Shown in pieces: positions 59,390-64,000 of a stretch of 64,000 nt of DNA (positions are counted from its first letter, which is position 1; every line of letters starts with the position of its first letter). The position numbers were made by a program, and so were the translations under genes. This DNA is from Syntrophorhabdaceae bacterium (GTDB lineage Bacteria; Desulfobacterota; Syntrophorhabdia; Syntrophorhabdales; Syntrophorhabdaceae): NCBI GenBank assembly GCA_963666485.2, contig CAXXUO010000004.1:64001-128000 (forward strand), in the 5' to 3' direction. The notes under the pieces are model-generated. The model saw nothing but the letters and a program-made list of their open reading frames with translations, did not search any database and had not been told where the DNA came from.

Positions 59390-60289
59390 TCAGTCTCCGG
59401 AAACACTAAGCCTCAATAGGGTAAAATGCGCCGTAACGCTGAAACCGGCGACGATCAGGAGCAGTATGAGCGCTGCGAGCATCAAGGCGGAATCGTACAG
59501 TGGGATCGACATGACCTCCCCGTAATTATTTGCGATCAAGGCAGGTAACGGGTATGCGGCATCGAAAATGGACGACGGTACCTGCGGAACGTTTCCGACA
59601 ACCATCAATACGGCCATGGTCTCGCCGAAGGCCCGCGCAAACCCGAGGACCACCGCGGCAATGAGCCCTCTTCTGGACTTTCGCAGCACAACATATTTCA
59701 CCGTCTCCCACCTCGTTGCCCCCAGGGCCAGTGCAGATTCACGTACCTGTGCGGGTACCATCCTCAGCACCTCCAGAGAAACAGAGATAACGAACGGGAC
59801 GACCATAACCGCCAGAATGATCCCGCCCGACAACAGGCTGTATCCGGTTGTGTCCATCCCCAGCAATTCGCCGATCTTGCCGACAAACGGCACTACTACC
59901 AGAATTCCGCAAAGTCCGTAGATAACGGAAGGTATTCCGGCCAGTATGTCGATGATGAGATGTGCGAATTCGCGAAAATGCCTGTGAGCATACTCTGACA
60001 GGTAAATAGTGCTCAAAAGACAGATCGGCATCGAGATGACCATGGCAAGCAGTGTGACCTCGACCGTGCTCACGATAAAGGGAAAAAGTCCGAATTGATT
60101 GTTGAGCGGATGCCATGACGAAGACAGCAAGAGACGTGCCAGGGACGTCCCGGATATGATCGGTAACGATTTAAGCAACAAACCAAAAAGAATTATGAAA
60201 AACACTACACTGACAAATATCAGGCTGCAGCGCATTCCAAGGCTGGCGACGAAGTCCTTGGACCGTCTGATGCGAAGCCAGCCTTTCAT
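59390..60289 (-). CDS. pstC: PstC-like ABC permease
   Basis: LAGIPSVIYG, ALGATRWET, RAFGETMAVLMVVGN. Confidence 0.9.
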   Translation of the reverse strand: MKGWLRIRRSKDFVASLGMRCSLIFVSVVFFIILFGLLLKSLPIISGTSLARLLLSSSWHPLNNQFGLFPFIVSTVEVTLLAMVISMPICLLSTIYLSEYAHRHFREFAHLIIDILAGIPSVIYGLCGILVVVPFVGKIGELLGMDTTGYSLLSGGIILAVMVVPFVISVSLEVLRMVPAQVRESALALGATRWETVKYVVLRKSRRGLIAAVVLGFARAFGETMAVLMVVGNVPQVPSSIFDAAYPLPALIANNYGEVMSIPLYDSALMLAALILLLIVAGFSVTAHFTLLRLSVSGD

Positions 60290-60296
60290 ACCGCCA

Positions 60297-61298
60297 TTAC
60301 CGGCCAAGCTTTTTCAATGCCTCTCTGGCCTGGCCTTGCTTTATCTTCAGATACCCAACCTCATCGACGTACCGCTGCCCATCGGATAGGATCCATTTCA
60401 CGAAATCCATTGCAGGGCCCTGGAACTGCCCTTTTGTGACGAGATAAAGATCCCGTGCAGGAGGCGAAGGATAGACTCCCGAATTGACCGCCTCTATGGC
60501 CTCGTGCTTATTCCTGAGCCTTTCCTGGGGATCGATCTTGCCGTTCTCGTTCACATCGATCGGGACCACCTGGAGTCCAGGGACCGGTTTGCCGGTTTTC
60601 ATGTCAAAGGCATAGTTAAGATTGTTGAACCCAATCGCGTTCTTGTCTTTTCTTACAGCTTCGGCGACACCCGGATCGCCGTACACGGCGACACCCTTAA
60701 GGTCCTCCTGGTTCTTTCCAAAGTATTTCGCCCAGGTTTCCGCGGCACCACATGAATCGGACCTGGTGTAGACCCTGACCTTTTGATGGGCCGATGTTCC
60801 TGCAAGTTCTCCCCAGGTCATGGACCGTCCGGATATCCACAGATCCACAAGTGTCTTCTTTCGTATTCCTTTTTCCAGTATCTGCGGAAGAACAGGATTA
60901 TCTTGATTTATAGTGGGGAAAACCGCGTCTTTCACGACGGCGACGGAGAAGACGCCCCGTTTCGCCTCCTCGGGCCTGATCTCGCGGGAAACCATTCCAA
61001 TATCGACGAATCCGTTCGTGGCATCCACGATACCCTTTCCGGCCCCTCCAGCCGAAACGTCTATCCGGACCTTCGGATAGATTTTCTTATACTCTTCGGC
61101 CCATTTGACCATCATGGGATAGAGGGCCCATGCTCCCGAAACTCTGATCGTCCCTTGCACCAGGCCAATTTGTGCTGCTTTGCCCTGTCTTTGTTGCCCC
61201 CCTTCAGACGCGTTGACAACAGACAACCCCAGGAAGAACAGAAAAAGTCCACATAGGATGATCAAACAACGTTTTGTGCCTTGATATCGCGTGCGCAT
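60297..61298 (-). CDS. pstS: PstS-family oxyanion-binding protein (atypical ligand motifs)
   Basis: Signal/TM after ATG at 61298; SGAWALYP, AGGAGKG, DIGMVSR, RSDSCGAAETW, RDLYLV. Confidence 0.8.
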   Translation of the reverse strand: MRTRYQGTKRCLIILCGLFLFFLGLSVVNASEGGQQRQGKAAQIGLVQGTIRVSGAWALYPMMVKWAEEYKKIYPKVRIDVSAGGAGKGIVDATNGFVDIGMVSREIRPEEAKRGVFSVAVVKDAVFPTINQDNPVLPQILEKGIRKKTLVDLWISGRSMTWGELAGTSAHQKVRVYTRSDSCGAAETWAKYFGKNQEDLKGVAVYGDPGVAEAVRKDKNAIGFNNLNYAFDMKTGKPVPGLQVVPIDVNENGKIDPQERLRNKHEAIEAVNSGVYPSPPARDLYLVTKGQFQGPAMDFVKWILSDGQRYVDEVGYLKIKQGQAREALKKLGR

Positions 61299-61327
61299 TG
61301 AACCCTCTTTTCCGGCCCGGAACACTG

Positions 61328-62176
61328 CTACAGAACGTTCCCAAACATGACCTTCAGCTTTCGGAATATCCGGTACCCAACATAGAACGTTCCTACGCTG
61401 AGACAGATATAGACAACCCAGGCCCACCAATGTTCAAATCGGCCGAAATAGAATATATCCTGATAGCACCAGGCGAGATAGCTAAAAGGATTGAGATACA
61501 AAAGGGGGCGAAAGATTGCCGGTACCTGGTCGGGTAAATAAAAGATCGGCATGATATACATGCCCAGCAAACAGAAAACTTGTGTGAAGTCTTTGAGGTC
61601 GCGAAAATAGGTCCCGATCGAGGAAAGGACATACGACATGCCGATCATGCCCAGGACCTGGAAAAAGACCGGCACCGGGATAAGTACGTATGTCCACAGA
61701 AGCCCCTTGTGAGTGATAAGAACATACAGGATCAAAAATACTGTCAGTATGATCTGGGTGACGAGTGATGATATGACAGTCTTGATAGGAAGGACCTCTA
61801 CGGGAAAAATGACCTGCTTTACAAGATTCGAGTTTCCCGTTATTGATGTCGTGGACTTCATCATGGTTTCCTGGAATGCCATCCAGGGGATGAGGGCGCA
61901 TAATAAATAGGTCGTGTAATCCAGGGGAAGTTTATATGTCCCCCCGATCTTCATCTTGAAAACGTAGGCAAAAATGAAAACATAAACGGCGATAAGCGCG
62001 AGGGGATGCCCTACCGCCCAGAAAAGTCCGAATAATTGCCCGGCATACCGTTCCGATATCTCCCTCTTCGACATTTCCCATGTCAGTTGGCGATGCCGCG
62101 TCAGGAGACTTAATATTTCCTGAATAGCGGCAAAATGATTCTTTACATTAAATACTTTGCTGATAAGCACTTTCAT
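61328..62176 (-). CDS. wzm: Polysaccharide ABC exporter permease
   Basis: RYAGQLFGLFW, NLVKQVIFP, YFRDL, PIFY, LNP. Confidence 0.93.
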   Translation of the reverse strand: MKVLISKVFNVKNHFAAIQEILSLLTRHRQLTWEMSKREISERYAGQLFGLFWAVGHPLALIAVYVFIFAYVFKMKIGGTYKLPLDYTTYLLCALIPWMAFQETMMKSTTSITGNSNLVKQVIFPVEVLPIKTVISSLVTQIILTVFLILYVLITHKGLLWTYVLIPVPVFFQVLGMIGMSYVLSSIGTYFRDLKDFTQVFCLLGMYIMPIFYLPDQVPAIFRPLLYLNPFSYLAWCYQDIFYFGRFEHWWAWVVYICLSVGTFYVGYRIFRKLKVMFGNVL

Positions 62177-62186
62177 GGATCACTCT

Positions 62187-64000
62187 TTATCCAAGGAATC
62201 TTTTACACCAATTCTCAAAATTAAGAAGGGACCATATCAAAAGTCTTCTGTTCTCGATGCCGTGCAAATGTTGGTCGACAAGCCCCTGTATTGTTTCCTT
62301 ATGAAGGTAATTATAGAGTTCGGCCCGGTCGTTATAGAGCATCCGTTTTACATAGTCTATACTCTCTCCCTTGAACCAGCTTGCGTCCGGTGCGGAGAAT
62401 CCCTGTTTTTCGCGCTCCGTTATCTCGACAGGGATGTATCTCTCCATTATCTTTCTGAGGATCAATTTGCCGTCCTGCGTCCGCTTGAAATAATTGTCCT
62501 GCTTCGGGCCCGGCTCGTTTTCGTTGGGGCGTTCTATATCCTTTCCGAGGTTCCTGAGCTTGTACCGCACCGGTATGCGTATTGCAAAATCGACCAGATC
62601 ATTATCGAGAAACGGGACTCGGGTTTCAAGTGAATGCGCCATGCTGAGCTTGTCGTCGACAAGGAGAAGGCCGTGAAGGAAGGTCCTGGCCTCGAAGCAC
62701 AGGGAATGATTTATGTAATCTTCCGGCGTCCGCAGGACATGTTCGTGGTCCAGGAAGACGCTTTTGAAAATATCCCGCGTCCACACGTGCCGGACATCAT
62801 TCCAAACCGGTTGAAACACATCCTTGATCGTCTTGTTCGGTATGAGCCTTTGCCAGAACTGGTAGTAATTATCGACATAGTCCTCGAAATTCGAGCTTCC
62901 CGCCGCCCGGTAGTAACGCCATGGATACCCGCCGAAAAGCTCGTCGCCCCCCGTCCCGGCAAGAACGACCTTAACGAATTTGCTGGCAAGTTGTGCAACG
63001 TAGTAATTGGGATAGCTCTGCCCTACCCGCGGCTCTTCAATATGCCAGGCCATCATGGGCATGATGCGTTCCATGTCGCCTGATTTAAGGACCATCTCGT
63101 AATGCTCCGTTTTGAACAAATACGACATGTACTCGGCGCCGGACCTCTCGTCGTACGTCACTTCGATACCCGATGCCGAACTGAGATCAAAGCCGCATGT
63201 AAAAGACTTGATATACGGTATCTCCTGAGCAGCCAGCGCCGTGATGGAGCCTGAATCCATACCGCCGCTGAGGTACGCGCCGACGTCCACATCGCTGACC
63301 AGCTGCCTTTTTACTGCCTGACGGAACAAGCGGTCCAGCTCTTCTATGTACTCTTCCTCGGCTACCGGGGATTCGGGTTCCTTGAACATAAAATCCCAGT
63401 ATTTACGAAAGCTGAGGGAGCCAGTTCCTTTGTCCAGTGAAATGCTCGCCCAGGTTGCAGGCGGAAAGAGCCGCACGTTCTTCAGGAATGTCCTGTCCGT
63501 AAAGATATTCTGGAATGAGAAATACTCGACCAGCGCTTCGAGGTCCAGCTCCCTTTTCAGGCGGGGATACGTGATAATTGCCTTTTGCTCCGAGGCAAAG
63601 AGCAGCACATTATCCACGACCGCGTAATATAACGGCTTGATGCCGTACCTGTCACGGGCGAGGAAAAGCTTCTTCTCGACCGCGTCCCAGACCGCGAACG
63701 CGAACATCCCGTTGAACCGGTCGACACAGGCGCTGCCCCACTCTGCGTACGCGTGCAGGACAACCTCGGAGTCGGATGTCGAGATGAAGCGATGCCCAAG
63801 AGACTGAAGTTCAGCCCGCAGTTCCCGGAAGTTATACACCTCACCGTTGTAGGTCAGGGCATACCTCTTATCGGGCGTGACCATGGGTTGATGGCCCGTC
63901 GGCGTGAGGTCTATGATCGAGAGCCTGCGATGGCCGAAACCTATGCAGCCGTCTATATATATCCCCTCGTCATCGGGCCCCCGGTGGGCAATGGCGGTCG
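62187..64000 (-). CDS. asnB: Asparagine synthase-like amidotransferase (5' end beyond window)
   Basis: Frame is open to the window edge (AIAHRGPD..GHRRLSIIDL); SGGMDSG, GTGGDELFGGY. Confidence 0.92.
   Translation of the reverse strand, partial: TAIAHRGPDDEGIYIDGCIGFGHRRLSIIDLTPTGHQPMVTPDKRYALTYNGEVYNFRELRAELQSLGHRFISTSDSEVVLHAYAEWGSACVDRFNGMFAFAVWDAVEKKLFLARDRYGIKPLYYAVVDNVLLFASEQKAIITYPRLKRELDLEALVEYFSFQNIFTDRTFLKNVRLFPPATWASISLDKGTGSLSFRKYWDFMFKEPESPVAEEEYIEELDRLFRQAVKRQLVSDVDVGAYLSGGMDSGSITALAAQEIPYIKSFTCGFDLSSASGIEVTYDERSGAEYMSYLFKTEHYEMVLKSGDMERIMPMMAWHIEEPRVGQSYPNYYVAQLASKFVKVVLAGTGGDELFGGYPWRYYRAAGSSNFEDYVDNYYQFWQRLIPNKTIKDVFQPVWNDVRHVWTRDIFKSVFLDHEHVLRTPEDYINHSLCFEARTFLHGLLLVDDKLSMAHSLETRVPFLDNDLVDFAIRIPVRYKLRNLGKDIERPNENEPGPKQDNYFKRTQDGKLILRKIMERYIPVEITEREKQGFSAPDASWFKGESIDYVKRMLYNDRAELYNYLHKETIQGLVDQHLHGIENRRLLIWSLLNFENWCKRFLG

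Overview
The whole window is one minus-strand, tightly packed bacterial surface-polysaccharide (O-antigen/capsule-like) biosynthesis cluster of about 50 genes, cut at both ends. In transcription order (right to left) it contains: an asnB-like amidotransferase; wzm; a pstSCAB-like transporter translationally coupled to cysD-cysNC; wzt; methyltransferases and unknown proteins sharing an unnamed His-rich domain; a radical SAM protein; GT, FemAB/GNAT, sulfotransferase and DegT genes (three broken by +1 insertions that look like sequencing errors); a carbamoyltransferase-SxtK-SxtJ-SGNH module; a full GDP-heptose pathway with an atypical split transketolase and its own GT2/flippase/GT-C transfer trio; more GTs and amidotransferases; a Bordetella-like wbmI-H-G-F block; and a GT-C-like/MurJ fusion running off the left edge. 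The best candidates for undescribed systems are (1) a DltX-like FIYxxF peptide shuttle for trans-membrane O-carbamoylation and (2) a Pst-family transporter probably repurposed for sulfate and feeding PAPS synthesis. I found no RNA genes, CRISPR arrays or mobile elements. Family calls come from motif recognition and recalled sequences, not database searches.
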